DNA of 64,000 nt from a candidate division FCPU426 bacterium (lineage in GTDB: Bacteria > Oederibacteriota > Muellerivitia > Muellerivitales > Muellerivitaceae): the NCBI GenBank assembly GCA_963771075.1, contig CAVYSE010000003.1, positions 192,001 through 256,000 on the forward strand. The letters run 5' to 3'. How positions within the stretch are numbered: the first letter of the stretch is position 1; every line of letters begins with the position of its first letter. The position numbers were made by a program, and so were the translations under genes. Of this stretch, positions 50,201-59,233 are shown one piece after another. The notes below the pieces were generated by a model. The model saw nothing but the letters and a program-made list of their open reading frames with translations. It was not told the origin of the DNA and did not search any database.

Positions 50201-50622
50201 CCGATCTCCGGGGTGATCTGGGAGCAATTGCCCACGTCCGCCTGGGCCACCGTCATGGTGACGCCACCGATAAAGCTGTCATGCCAGTAGGTCACCCCGG
50301 CGCTATCCGCGTCGAAGGCGTAGGCGCTGTCGTTCTCGGTGACCACATAAACCACATTATGGGTACCGCCCCCGATGGAGACGCTGGGCATGTAGAGGGG
50401 CTGGGCGTAAACCTGGCCGTCCACGGCGTTTGAAAAAAGTTTCCCGAATTGGGTGCTGTTGACGTTGGATGGGGTGAGGAGGGTCTCGTTTTGATTCCAC
50501 CCGTCGCGGGCCTGGTCATTATGGTAGGTGGTTAAGGAAGTCTGGGCCCAAAGGACAGGCCCGTAAAGGTAAAGCAAAAAAAGGGGCCCGAAATTGAATA
50601 CCGATTTTTGATAATGGGCCAT
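47266..50622 (-). CDS. Secreted PQQ-like beta-propeller protein with Thr/Pro/Ser stalk and Por/T9SS-like C-terminal domain
   Basis: TYHND..R.G.N..ET.LTP.NV, VDGQVYAQPLY, GITDTPVID, KF.PP.V.NGKVYV; terminal IYPNP...NGLYYL...KLLILR. Confidence 0.85.
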   Translation of the reverse strand: MAHYQKSVFNFGPLFLLYLYGPVLWAQTSLTTYHNDQARDGWNQNETLLTPSNVNSTQFGKLFSNAVDGQVYAQPLYMPSVSIGGGTHNVVYVVTENDSAYAFDADSAGVTYWHDSFIGGVTMTVAQADVGNCSQITPEIGITDTPVIDPSTGTLYFVAMTKTVSAGVTTYSQTLHALDITSGLEKFNGPQTIGGSVPGTGDGGSTVTFRPRAYKERCALALVSGVVYTSWTGHCDSDTIAGNYYGWVIGYNASNITQQVSVFNSAPNGSESSFWESGDGPSVDSSGNLYFLSANGTFDQTGPVSDYGQCFLKLNTVGNAVTALDYFAPMSQASMSSGDQDVGSAGQCLLPASWGTSAHPNIMIGADKPSDLYVVDADTGKMGEFSATANNIIQTVPAIGGKGYTTPALYSNGTTDWVYWGMSGAALKAFTFANGQYVTTPSSQSAASYGASGSFSTGCVPSVSSNGTTNGIVWALDPGTPVVLYAYDATNLATVLYNSGQNSTRDSAVAANVKFAPPSVVNGKVYVPTANSLVVYGLIAGASPTPTGSPAATSTQTLSPSVTRTRTGTPTLTGTFTLTGTPSRTTSFTPTVTLSPTPSLTQTATVPFTITLTWTVTSSPTRTATGTNTPTVSYTQTPIPTWTATKNSTPTLTSTASAVPTLSPSPTPSMSPTHTATGTSTSVPTSTATSTQTATRTPVWTQTGTSTFSATASPTNTMTPTYTTTLSPTATSTKTSLPSDTPTSTSSLTIVPTQTNSPVPPTTSTPTVTNSPTETAILPSTPTPSPTPTYSSTFTSTVTPTQTILPTLTWTFSKTQVFTASATPSATTTATPIPSLTPSPTLPSSSTPTSTTVPTLTSSPSPSSTDTTLPTLTTVPTLTWTFSKTPVFTASATPSATTTATPVPSLTPSPTLTSSPSPSSTETALPTLTDTVSPTWTMVQSTVTPSRTSTMIPAATSTSTQTLTPVSTLVFTSTVTITPTPVFTPVATSTPIPPTHTFTPTLVPTAVPTPVLTVTITATFVPTVSGALPQPVIYPNPVVGSTVNLRVFLASAGSVRIQVFTLSFRKVGDETVPSVPAGSSVLTVPMTASDGKPLSNGLYYLVVTANGKRWVLKLLILR
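47836..48208 (-). repeat. Internal tandem duplication in the Thr/Pro stalk
   Basis: Near-identical blocks ~47891-47998 and ~48101-48208 (PTLTWTFSKT.VFTASATPSATTTATP.PSLTPSPT) plus a repeated PTLTSSPSPSST. Confidence 0.85.
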
Positions 50623-50806
50623 TTACGGATGCCCCCTCCCCAAGGGCTCCGGCACTTCAATGCCGGTTTGATCCACCGGCGGTAAGTCACTGGCTCGCCG
50701 AAGAAAATTCCTGGCAAGAAATTACCATCTTTTCAATAAATTTGCGCTGGATGGCCGGATTATTTTGGGAAACCGGTTAAACAGCCGGTTCAATCGTTCA
50801 ACCGTT

Positions 50807-51928
50807 TCAAGAAAGATGAACCCCTATCAGATGACCCAATCCATAAGTGAGGGCAGCCGCTAAAAGGCCTAAGACCAGCTGCCGGGTACCCGAAAACCAA
50901 ACACCCTTTCCCGTGAAAAGGGTGCCCAAGGCCCCAAACCCAAAGAGCGCTAGGGCGCTTAATCCCAGGCTGGCTAAAACCGTCGTGGACCCCGACAGGA
51001 AAAAGAATGGGCAAACCGGAACCAAGGCCCCCGCTGAAAAGAGAAGGAAGGAAGTGCCCGCGGCTTCCCAAGGACTCCCGCCCCGATCCTCGGGGTTCAA
51101 TCCCAGCTCTTCCCGGGCCAGGGTATCCATGGCCCGGGCCTTGTCCGAGAGCATGTAGCGAGCCAATTTCTCGGCCTCCTCCGGCGCCATTCCCTTGGAC
51201 TCATAAATGAGTTTCAATTCTTCCACTTCCCCCTCGGGATTTTTATCGAATTCCTGCTCCTCGACACGGATCTCACGCTCCGCCAGCTCGTTGGAATTGG
51301 TGACCGAAAGCCATTCACCCAGGGCCATGGAACAGGCCCCCGCCAAAAGCCCCGCCAAACCGGTGAGAAGGATGTAATGATTGTCCACGGCCGCTCCCGC
51401 CACACCCATCACCAGGCTCATGTTGGAACAGAGCCCGTCATTGGCCCCCATCACCGCCGCACGGAGCGTGTTGCCTCCCACGTTTTGGTGGCGCCCCTCC
51501 ATGGAGGCGACCTGGCTGCCGGTCTTTCCGGGTGCGATGTTCAGGATCTCATCCAAAACCCGGTCGTGCCCGTGTTCTTCCGCCACCATGAGCGTTCCTT
51601 TGGTTTCGGGCTGGGGGGCGTAAATGTTTCGATCCGCCTTTTCAAGGCCGGAGATAGTGCTTAAGACCAGGTTTGGGCCGAAGGTCTTCGCGATCCAAAT
51701 CAGCACTTTGGCGCGCCAGGAGGGCTCACGGAGCGGCACCTTTCCCCCGGCCTGGGTGATCTGGGCTTCCCAAAAGTCCCTGTGCTTGATCTCGATCTCC
51801 GCCAGATTGGCGTACACTTTCGAAAGCTGGGGACTTTTTTCCACCTGGGCCAAGGTTTGGTATTGGACCGCGCTATCCACCTCACCCCGCCAATTTTCCA
51901 AATAACGGTTCAAATCATTTTTCGCCAT
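50807..51928 (-). CDS. VIT1/CCC1 family transporter with N-terminal ferritin-like domain
   Basis: E...A..Y..LA, LAEIE.KH, LRAAVMGANDGL, GLLAGACSMALGEWLSV, AREELG, SPWEAA..SF. Confidence 0.92.
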   Translation of the reverse strand: MAKNDLNRYLENWRGEVDSAVQYQTLAQVEKSPQLSKVYANLAEIEIKHRDFWEAQITQAGGKVPLREPSWRAKVLIWIAKTFGPNLVLSTISGLEKADRNIYAPQPETKGTLMVAEEHGHDRVLDEILNIAPGKTGSQVASMEGRHQNVGGNTLRAAVMGANDGLCSNMSLVMGVAGAAVDNHYILLTGLAGLLAGACSMALGEWLSVTNSNELAEREIRVEEQEFDKNPEGEVEELKLIYESKGMAPEEAEKLARYMLSDKARAMDTLAREELGLNPEDRGGSPWEAAGTSFLLFSAGALVPVCPFFFLSGSTTVLASLGLSALALFGFGALGTLFTGKGVWFSGTRQLVLGLLAAALTYGLGHLIGVHLS

Positions 51929-52031
51929 GGGGTCTCCGTAAAAAATCAGGTTTTGGGAGACATTATAGGGTCCATCTAAAAAAAAGGTTTCCGATGTACT
52001 TCCCCGCATTAAAGCCGGGTAAAATAAAACC

Positions 52032-53303
52032 ATGCTTTCCAAAATAATATTCTTTCAACTGTTTTGCCTCGCGGCCCTTTCGCTTCTTTGGGGCTGTTCC
52101 GGCTCAGGGAGCGTGGGTAAGGACCAAACCTTCCAGGAAATTGCCTTCCCGACACCCACCACCACAACCTTGCCTTCCCCCACACCAACGTCCATTACCC
52201 TTGCCGGCGAACCCACTCCCGCGGACACTCCCGAGCCCCTGGAATATGTGGTGGAAGAAGCCAAAGGGACCGTTCTTTTGGTACAAAACGGCAAGGCGCT
52301 ACCGGTGGCATTGGAGGAGGAAGAGACGGTTCAGGAGGGTGACGAGATCATCACAAAGGAAAACTCCCAAGCCACCCTTTCGTTGGATGAAAATACCCTT
52401 ATCCGCTTGGGGCCCGATAGTGATTTACGATTGACCAAGCTGGGACCCAATGAGACCAACGGTTTCATCAGCCGATTGGAATTGATCGGGGGGAAAATCC
52501 TGAGCGAGGTGGAAAACCTGACCGCCAGCCAGTCCACTTTCGAGGTCAACGCGGGAGGGGTCGTTTGCGGGGTCCGGGGCACGGCCTTTGAAGTATTGAA
52601 ACAAGGCCAGGAGGTCCACACCAGCACCTTCCACGGGCTGGTGGAAATGCGCAAGGGCCGTTTTATTCAGAAAATCAAGGCCAACCAACACCTGGCCTTT
52701 TCTTTCAAAAGAGGTTCCTTCCTGGGAAAGCGAACCTTGAATGAACAGGAAAAAGCCCGCTACTCGGATTGGAACCGTCATTTAGTTTCCTATAAACAAA
52801 AAGCTGTTGAACGAAAACAACTCCTGGAATCCTTGAACCGGCTCTCTCCCTTGGAAAAATCGAGGGTTCTCGATCAAATGCGGCAAGTACCTCACCGCCA
52901 ACGGCTCAAAGTCCTTAACCACACCCTTCATAAAAGGGCAACGACTTCCCGGGGTCAAGCCTTCGCGCCAAGCAAGCCTGTTCTTCATCCCAATCCAGGA
53001 CGAAAAACCCAAGTTCAAAAGTTAAAGGGTGAGACCCACACGAATCACTCAAAGGGAGCAGGTTTCAATCATCAAGCGGGGCGTCCAAAGGAAAGCTCAG
53101 CGGCCGGGAAAACCCAGGGGAACTCAATCGCGAAACGCCCAATGGCTCGGGCGCAACATCAACCCGGGCCCGCGCCCCCAAAAGGGGTGGTCGAGCCAAA
53201 ACAACGCAAACCCAAGAGAGAATTTCGGGTTCCTCGCCCAAATGGGGCTCACCCGAATAAGGCCAACGACCACAAGGAAAAGAAGCTAAAAGAAGATAAT
53301 TAA
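52032..53303 (+). CDS. FecR-domain lipoprotein with basic low-complexity tail
   Basis: Lipobox LWGC; GDEIIT..NSQATL.L, IRLGPDS, GVRGTAFEV. Confidence 0.8.
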   Translation: MLSKIIFFQLFCLAALSLLWGCSGSGSVGKDQTFQEIAFPTPTTTTLPSPTPTSITLAGEPTPADTPEPLEYVVEEAKGTVLLVQNGKALPVALEEEETVQEGDEIITKENSQATLSLDENTLIRLGPDSDLRLTKLGPNETNGFISRLELIGGKILSEVENLTASQSTFEVNAGGVVCGVRGTAFEVLKQGQEVHTSTFHGLVEMRKGRFIQKIKANQHLAFSFKRGSFLGKRTLNEQEKARYSDWNRHLVSYKQKAVERKQLLESLNRLSPLEKSRVLDQMRQVPHRQRLKVLNHTLHKRATTSRGQAFAPSKPVLHPNPGRKTQVQKLKGETHTNHSKGAGFNHQAGRPKESSAAGKTQGNSIAKRPMARAQHQPGPAPPKGVVEPKQRKPKREFRVPRPNGAHPNKANDHKEKKLKEDN

Positions 53304-53310
53304 GAAACCC

Positions 53311-53676
53311 TTAAACCGGACTGGGAACCTTGATTCTTCTGGGTTTACGATGGACCACCGCCGGTTTTTCAGATGGGTCTTCTTGCGGTTTGGCGTCCAA
53401 TAGTTCGGTGACCTCTTTCAGATCCACGATTGGATGACTTTCCACATGGAAATGCTTGGAATCGAATAAAGCATTCAGAAAATTCTCCTGATCCAGCCAG
53501 TTGTCAGCTTGCATAATCAAAAACCCGCCCCGAGCGTCCGCCATCAATCCACCATCCACCAGCCGGCCCGATTTCTTCAAGGCATATAGGATGAACAACA
53601 TTTCATCACGAAGCCCAGGCTTCGCCGACTCATAAAGCGCCGAATCCAACTCTGGTATACGTACATAAAATCTCAT
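53311..53676 (-). CDS. Hypothetical protein (possible YCII/MIase-like ferredoxin fold)
   Basis: GGAGG RBS; SGRLVDGGLMADARGGFLIM...VESHPIV. Confidence 0.6.
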   Translation of the reverse strand: MRFYVRIPELDSALYESAKPGLRDEMLFILYALKKSGRLVDGGLMADARGGFLIMQADNWLDQENFLNALFDSKHFHVESHPIVDLKEVTELLDAKPQEDPSEKPAVVHRKPRRIKVPSPV

Positions 53677-53821
53677 AAAAACCTCCCCCGGAATAAATTC
53701 ATAAAATTTAAAAGTGGTTATGAAAAAGATGGCTTCTTCAGAAGCCTTAAAGCGGAGTTGCCTCCGCGGAGGGAGGAACCATTTCAGCGGTTCCTTTGGT
53801 TCAAATTTCTATTTAATAAAG

Positions 53822-53836
53822 GCAAATTGCATGCCG
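53822..53836 (-). promoter_or_regulatory. Sigma54 promoter candidate
   Basis: Minus strand CGGCATGCAATTTGC (GG-N10-GC) in an AT-rich region ~145 bp upstream of ATG 53676. Confidence 0.4.
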
Positions 53837-54065
53837 TTTATCCGTTTTTAAAACTATTGATACTTGTTTCAAGGTTTAAGGTTAATCTTAAACTTCCATT
53901 CAAAAATTCAAGTTTTCCGTTAAATCAAATTATTTTGACGGTTCTTCGACAAGTAGCGTGATTCACTCAAATTTTTAACCAATTATTTTTCATGCACTGT
54001 GGGATTTTTTTCATTACAGGTCGGTAAATCGCATATTTTTTGGCACTTTTTTCCCATTTCTGCTT

Positions 54066-55214
54066 TCACCCTTTTCCGACTTCCCATTTCCGAATCCATT
54101 GGTTGACAGGTTTTTCAAAAAATCGGTTCGAAATCCAAGCGACGAGGATAAGAGAAGCCATGAACAGGCTCAGATCCAATCCTATTCCCCGTTCTTGGAG
54201 AATGGGAGAGAGGATGTATAAAACGATCATGTGCAATAAATAAATTCCGTAACTTAGTTTTCCTGGGATAGCGAGGATCCGGATCAAAGGGCCCTGAAAA
54301 AATGGAAGGGCCAGTCCACCGAGCAGAAAAAGGCAAAGCCCGAATGACAAACAGGTCGGTGCCCAAACAAGATTCCAAGGGCGGTCCATGGACGTTCCAA
54401 GGTAAACAGAGGTAAGAACCACCATCCCTCCCACCACCAAACGCCAGGATTTACTTGGGTTAATCCGCAAGTATGTCCCCCACTTCAACCAGACCAAATA
54501 AAGGATGGAACCCCAGGCAATGCAATCAAATATGCCCGGAGTAGACATATAGCCCAATAAACGTCTTTCGGGATAAGCATAAGCGGCGTAGGCACGAAAG
54601 CCTGGGCCTACTAAACAAACCGTGATTAGAACAAGGGTCAATCGCTTTGTGTTTTTAAGGGACTTCAGTATCCATGGATAAAAAAGATAGAACTGCTCCT
54701 CGATGGAGAGAGACCAGAGCAGATCCCAATGGAATCCCGTGCCAAAAAACAAACCCTCTCCCAGCGCCCCCAACCAATTGAAAGTGAAGGTGAAAACCGA
54801 TAGCCAAAAGAGTGTGTTGAAAGCGTTCGGCATGGCAAAACCAACGATCCATCCCTTTTGGTTCAGGGGCGCCAAAGAATAAATGGCGAGGCCGATGGCG
54901 ATAGAAAGAAGAAAAAGCGGAACAATCCGGCCTAAACGCCGGACATAAAATCGGCGTGGAGAAGCCCCAAAAAGTCCGCCCGGCATTCGATCCAGTAGCC
55001 GTGTGATCAGAAAACCGGAAACCACGAAAAACAGAAATACGCCATAAACCCCGTTCCGGGCCAACGCAAGCCAAAATTGAAGGATCAAGGGGTTGGAGGG
55101 CGGCCTGACCAGCGTGGATAGGATCAAATGCATTTGAACCACGAGAAAGATCGCAAGGGTTCTCGCCAGGTCAATCACCGGCAGAATTTCATCCTTCTCG
55201 GGGGATAGGGCCAA
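54066..55214 (-). CDS. Acyltransferase family 3 (OafA-like)
   Basis: D..RTLAI..V...H, GVFLFFVVSGFLIT, FYVRR..RIVP, WSLSIEEQFY, GKLSYGIYLLH, FFEKP. Confidence 0.93.
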   Translation of the reverse strand: MALSPEKDEILPVIDLARTLAIFLVVQMHLILSTLVRPPSNPLILQFWLALARNGVYGVFLFFVVSGFLITRLLDRMPGGLFGASPRRFYVRRLGRIVPLFLLSIAIGLAIYSLAPLNQKGWIVGFAMPNAFNTLFWLSVFTFTFNWLGALGEGLFFGTGFHWDLLWSLSIEEQFYLFYPWILKSLKNTKRLTLVLITVCLVGPGFRAYAAYAYPERRLLGYMSTPGIFDCIAWGSILYLVWLKWGTYLRINPSKSWRLVVGGMVVLTSVYLGTSMDRPWNLVWAPTCLSFGLCLFLLGGLALPFFQGPLIRILAIPGKLSYGIYLLHMIVLYILSPILQERGIGLDLSLFMASLILVAWISNRFFEKPVNQWIRKWEVGKG

Positions 55215-55340
55215 GGGGAACCTTTCTAAAATGGATCAACCTTTTTATTTAACATTATCCTTTCCCTTTTCGGAAGGTATTTTGTTCTCGGTGATTGTTC
55301 GACGCCTATCCGTGCCTGATTGTGCGAGAATAGGCGTGTC

Positions 55341-57800
55341 ATGAGCCCCAACCTGATTCCCCTTCCTGTGGATGCCCTACTTCCAAACCTTACCAAGGTT
55401 TTGGAATCTTTTCCAGCGGCCGTTTTGACCGCCGAACCAGGCGCGGGCAAAACCACAAGGGTCCCACCAGCGCTGCTTTCAACCCCTTTTTTGCGGGAAA
55501 AGGAAATCTGGGTCCTCCAGCCCCGCCGCGTCGCCGCCAAGATGGCCGCCCTGCGGGTATCCGATGAGTTGGGGCAACAACCGGGCCAACAGGTGGGCTA
55601 CCAGTTCCGTTTCGAAAAAAAGACCGGTCCGGGTACCCGTTTGATCTTCATGACGGATGGGATGCTGATCCCCCTGGCCCAATCCGATCCGTCCCTTTCT
55701 CGGGTCGGGGCGGTCATCCTGGATGAGTTCCACGAGCGAAGCCTGGCGTTGGACCTGGCGCTTGCCTGGCTTAAAAACTTGCAATTGACCCGCCGGCCTG
55801 ACCTGAAGATTATCGTTATGAGCGCCACCCTGGACACGGCCCCCGTCTCCCAATATTTTTCCGACTGCCCCATCCTGAGAAGCCCCGGCCGTGTCTTTCC
55901 GGTGACGGTGGAATACCATCCCTTTCCCGGCCAAGCGGACCCGTCCCAAAAGGTCCGGTCAGCGGTTAAGCTATTGGTGTCCCGGGGTTTGGCCGGAACT
56001 TTTTTGACCTTTCTGCCGGGATTGGGTGAGATCAAACGCGCCCTCCAAGCCCTCTCGGGGGAGGGTTGGGAGGTTCTTCCCCTCTACGGAGACCTGTCCC
56101 TGGAGGAACAGCAAAGGGCCCTCCAGCCTTCAATGGGGATCAAGATCATCCTCAGCACCAATTTGGCCGAGACTTCCCTTACGGTTCCCGGGGTTACGGC
56201 GGTCATTGACTTAGGGTTGAACCGACAGGCTCGGGTTTCGCCCTGGTCCGGCATGGAACGTCTGGTCACGGTTACGGCCAGCCAGGCTTCCGCCGCCCAA
56301 AGAGCCGGCCGGGCGGGGCGCCTGGCACCCGGGGTTTGTTTGAGACTCTTTACCCAGTTTGACTTTGAACACCGGGCCGCGTTCGACCTGCCCGAGATTT
56401 CCCGAAGCGATCTTTCCAAAACGATCCTGGATCTCAAGGGGCTGGGGGCAGGGGACTTGAATGGCTTCCCCTGGTTTTTATCCCCGCCTCCTGTCGCCCT
56501 AGAATCGGCTCAGGATCTATTGCGGGACCTAAGCGCCCTGGATTCCTCTAATACCCTGACCCCCCTGGGACGGCAAATGGGGCGACTTCCCCTTGCGGTC
56601 CGCTTAGCCAGGTTTCTTTTAGCGGTTCAGGAACTCGCGAAAGAAGACTCTTCCTCCATCCGATGGGCTTGCCGCCTGGCGGCGATGCTTCAGGAAGAGG
56701 AATCGGATTCGGTGGACCTAATGGAAGAATTAAAAAAATCAACCGGGGGCCATGAGTTCCAACGCCTGGAAGACCAGCTGGCCAATCTCATGAACGCCGG
56801 CCCCAAGCCTAAAGGATACCCCGATCAGACCACCCAAACCCTCTTGGCCCAGGGTCTGTTGAAGGCATTCCCCGACCGGGTTGCGAAGGTCCGGGAAAGC
56901 GCCGGATCCAAGTCCCGGGATAGGAAGGGAAATCAACGGGAACTGGTCCTTTCCCAGGGCGGCACCGTCACAGCTCCCGATGGGGCCCTGACCCGGTCCC
57001 ATGACCTTTTCGTGGTGGTCGAAGCCCAGGAATTCACCGATCGCTCCCAAACCTTGGCCAGGGCACGTGCCCTCTGTCCGATCCAGGAGGATTGGCTTTT
57101 GGATTTTTTCCCCGAAAGATTGCGCGAGGAAAAGGAATTGGAATGGAACACGCAGACCCATAGGGTGGAAGGTTACAAAAGACTTTTTTACCGGCAGTTG
57201 GTTTTGGAGGAGAAGCCGCTGGCCCCAAACGAGTTGGGGAGAGAGGGCCAGGAAATGCTTTACCAGGAAGCGCTAGCCGCAGGTCCCTCCGCCTATGCCG
57301 ACCCCGAGGAACTGGCAGCTTTCATGAACCGCCTCCGCTTCGCGGGAAAAAAAACGGGAAGACCGGATTTTCCACTGGAGGAGCAGGTTCGGGAGAAGCT
57401 TAAGGAACTGTGCGAGAACAGGCGAAGTTTTGAGGACCTAAGGTCGTCGGGCTTGGTTGAGGCCCTTCGTTCCAGCCTGTCCCCGAAGGAACAGGCTCTG
57501 CTGGAGAAACTGGCCCCCCCTTCTGTTGTACTTTCCTCGGGACGGAGAATGATGGTTCATTACGAGGAGGGCAAACCGCCCTGGGGCGAATCCCGCATCC
57601 AGGATTTTTTCGGAATGAGGCGGGGACCCCGCGTGGGGGAGGAGGCGGTTGTGCTTCATCTACTTTCACCGGCCAAACGGCCGGTACAGGTCACCAGCGA
57701 CCTGGCCGGTTTTTGGGAAAAACATTACCCGCAATTGAGGAAAGAACTCTCCCGTCGCTACCCTCGGCACAAATGGCCGGAAAACCCAATGGGAGTTTAA
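55341..57800 (+). CDS. hrpB: ATP-dependent helicase HrpB
   Basis: AEPGAGKTTRVP, QPRRVAA, DEFHER, MSATL, STNLAETSLT, QRAGRAGR, LLSPAKRPVQVTSDL.GFW, RYPRHKWPE. Confidence 0.95.
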   Translation: MSPNLIPLPVDALLPNLTKVLESFPAAVLTAEPGAGKTTRVPPALLSTPFLREKEIWVLQPRRVAAKMAALRVSDELGQQPGQQVGYQFRFEKKTGPGTRLIFMTDGMLIPLAQSDPSLSRVGAVILDEFHERSLALDLALAWLKNLQLTRRPDLKIIVMSATLDTAPVSQYFSDCPILRSPGRVFPVTVEYHPFPGQADPSQKVRSAVKLLVSRGLAGTFLTFLPGLGEIKRALQALSGEGWEVLPLYGDLSLEEQQRALQPSMGIKIILSTNLAETSLTVPGVTAVIDLGLNRQARVSPWSGMERLVTVTASQASAAQRAGRAGRLAPGVCLRLFTQFDFEHRAAFDLPEISRSDLSKTILDLKGLGAGDLNGFPWFLSPPPVALESAQDLLRDLSALDSSNTLTPLGRQMGRLPLAVRLARFLLAVQELAKEDSSSIRWACRLAAMLQEEESDSVDLMEELKKSTGGHEFQRLEDQLANLMNAGPKPKGYPDQTTQTLLAQGLLKAFPDRVAKVRESAGSKSRDRKGNQRELVLSQGGTVTAPDGALTRSHDLFVVVEAQEFTDRSQTLARARALCPIQEDWLLDFFPERLREEKELEWNTQTHRVEGYKRLFYRQLVLEEKPLAPNELGREGQEMLYQEALAAGPSAYADPEELAAFMNRLRFAGKKTGRPDFPLEEQVREKLKELCENRRSFEDLRSSGLVEALRSSLSPKEQALLEKLAPPSVVLSSGRRMMVHYEEGKPPWGESRIQDFFGMRRGPRVGEEAVVLHLLSPAKRPVQVTSDLAGFWEKHYPQLRKELSRRYPRHKWPENPMGV

Positions 57801-58519
57801 TAGCTTTTCATCCCCATGCCCGGACTCATGCCGCCCATGCCGGAATGTTCCGCTGGATTTTCATCCTTGGAGGAAACGGGCGTTTCCTTGACGATGGGTT
57901 TGGTGACGACTTCTTCCTGGCCGGTGGTTCCCAGGTTGCTGCCCAAAACGCCCTTGCCGTCGCAGGCGTAATAATGGTTGTCTTCCAAAAGGACCTGAAT
58001 TGGATTTTGTTTATCTTCCCCCTGCCACCACCAGGTTCCCTGGTCGTAATAAAGCCACCGATCAGCGAACCGATCATGGAACCAAAAGAGCCCGCCGCGG
58101 GAAAGGACCCAATGAAATTCCGGTCCCGTTCGCCATCCATACCAATCGTTGTCACCGTCCCGAAAATGGCAATACAGGGTGCCATTGATTTCATGCCAAT
58201 TGGCCTGTTGGGATTTGGTATCCAGTTTGTTGAATCCATCGATCAATGTCAGGGCGGCCGAATCAGCCAATTTGTCCATCAAAGAACCACGGGGAATATG
58301 ATCATCCGTATCCACATTAATGGCTTTTCCGGTCGGGCCCTTTTTGGGCGCTCGGGGAAGAACACGGTGGTCGCCGTCGCTTAATTTGACGTGGGGCTTT
58401 AACACCAGGGGAGTGGAAAAGGGGGTTGCCGTGGCCGTGGGAGAGTCCTCCTGGGCCCATCCGGTTCCGAAAAAAGCTAATAGGGATATGCTGAATAATC
58501 CCGCTTGGAAAAGTTTCAT
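57797..58519 (-). CDS. Secreted Trp-rich hypothetical protein (paralog of 37066-37791)
   Basis: Signal peptide (GWA|QE); YCH..D..NDW.GW, FHWVL, RWLYY..G.WWW, YYACD. Confidence 0.75.
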   Translation of the reverse strand: MKLFQAGLFSISLLAFFGTGWAQEDSPTATATPFSTPLVLKPHVKLSDGDHRVLPRAPKKGPTGKAINVDTDDHIPRGSLMDKLADSAALTLIDGFNKLDTKSQQANWHEINGTLYCHFRDGDNDWYGWRTGPEFHWVLSRGGLFWFHDRFADRWLYYDQGTWWWQGEDKQNPIQVLLEDNHYYACDGKGVLGSNLGTTGQEEVVTKPIVKETPVSSKDENPAEHSGMGGMSPGMGMKSY

Positions 58520-58652
58520 CGTTTTAGTCTCCTGATTGACTTTGAAAAATGGCCGTTAAACGTGGGGCATTATGCCCTTCCGACCTTAAATAAAAAAGGC
58601 TTTGTTACCTATTGGACGGTTTGGGAGACCGATCGGTTCCCTTTGGGAATGA

Positions 58653-58886
58653 TCAAAAAAGGTGAAGATAGAATAGGAAACCAAAGACTAATAGCGCTAT
58701 CACAACCCAGGCCGTAATCCCAATCCATGGTTGGGGTTTGGAAAGCAACCCCTGTGAAGGTCCGATCGTTTCCCCTGTTTCCTCGGCTTCCCAGGCATCC
58801 GGCACCTTCCAACCACACTGGGGACAGGGTGCCCAGTCATAGGGCATTTCGGCGCCACATTCCAGGCAAACACTCTCCGACATCAT
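58653..58886 (-). CDS. Small zinc-ribbon membrane protein
   Basis: CLECG...CPQCG plus a C-terminal TM helix; AGGAG RBS. Confidence 0.7.
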   Translation of the reverse strand: MMSESVCLECGAEMPYDWAPCPQCGWKVPDAWEAEETGETIGPSQGLLSKPQPWIGITAWVVIALLVFGFLFYLHLF

Positions 58887-58923
58887 TACTCCTTTATTAA
58901 GAGACTATAACAAAACCTAATTT

Positions 58924-59034
58924 CACCACAGGCCGCCTTTGGCGGCCACAGAGGCACAGAGAAAAACCTTTCTAAACTCAAGGAATCTTAAACCAATTGT
59001 CCGGGTTTACTCTGTGTCTCCGTGTCTCTGTGGT
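58924..59034. repeat. REP-like inverted pair of CCACAGAGGCACAGAG-type repeats
   Basis: CCACAGAGGCACAGAG (58946-58961) facing CTCTGTGTCTCCGTGTCTCTGTGGT (59010-59034), plus a GGCCGCC-TTT-GGCGGCC hairpin. Confidence 0.7.
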
Positions 59035-59233
59035 AAAGATTGGGTTTTGTTAGAGATTCTAAGTCTGGAATCGGCGCGGTATGAAATTGTTCTTTTTTAC
59101 CCTTAAACCAATATAAATCCAATCCATTGAGTTTTTAATCTTTTCAGTGACTCGAAAAGGCCGAAAATAATAAAGAACGATACAATATTGAAATCATTTC
59201 CTGGCATGGATGGTGATTTTCAAGCCATAAATT

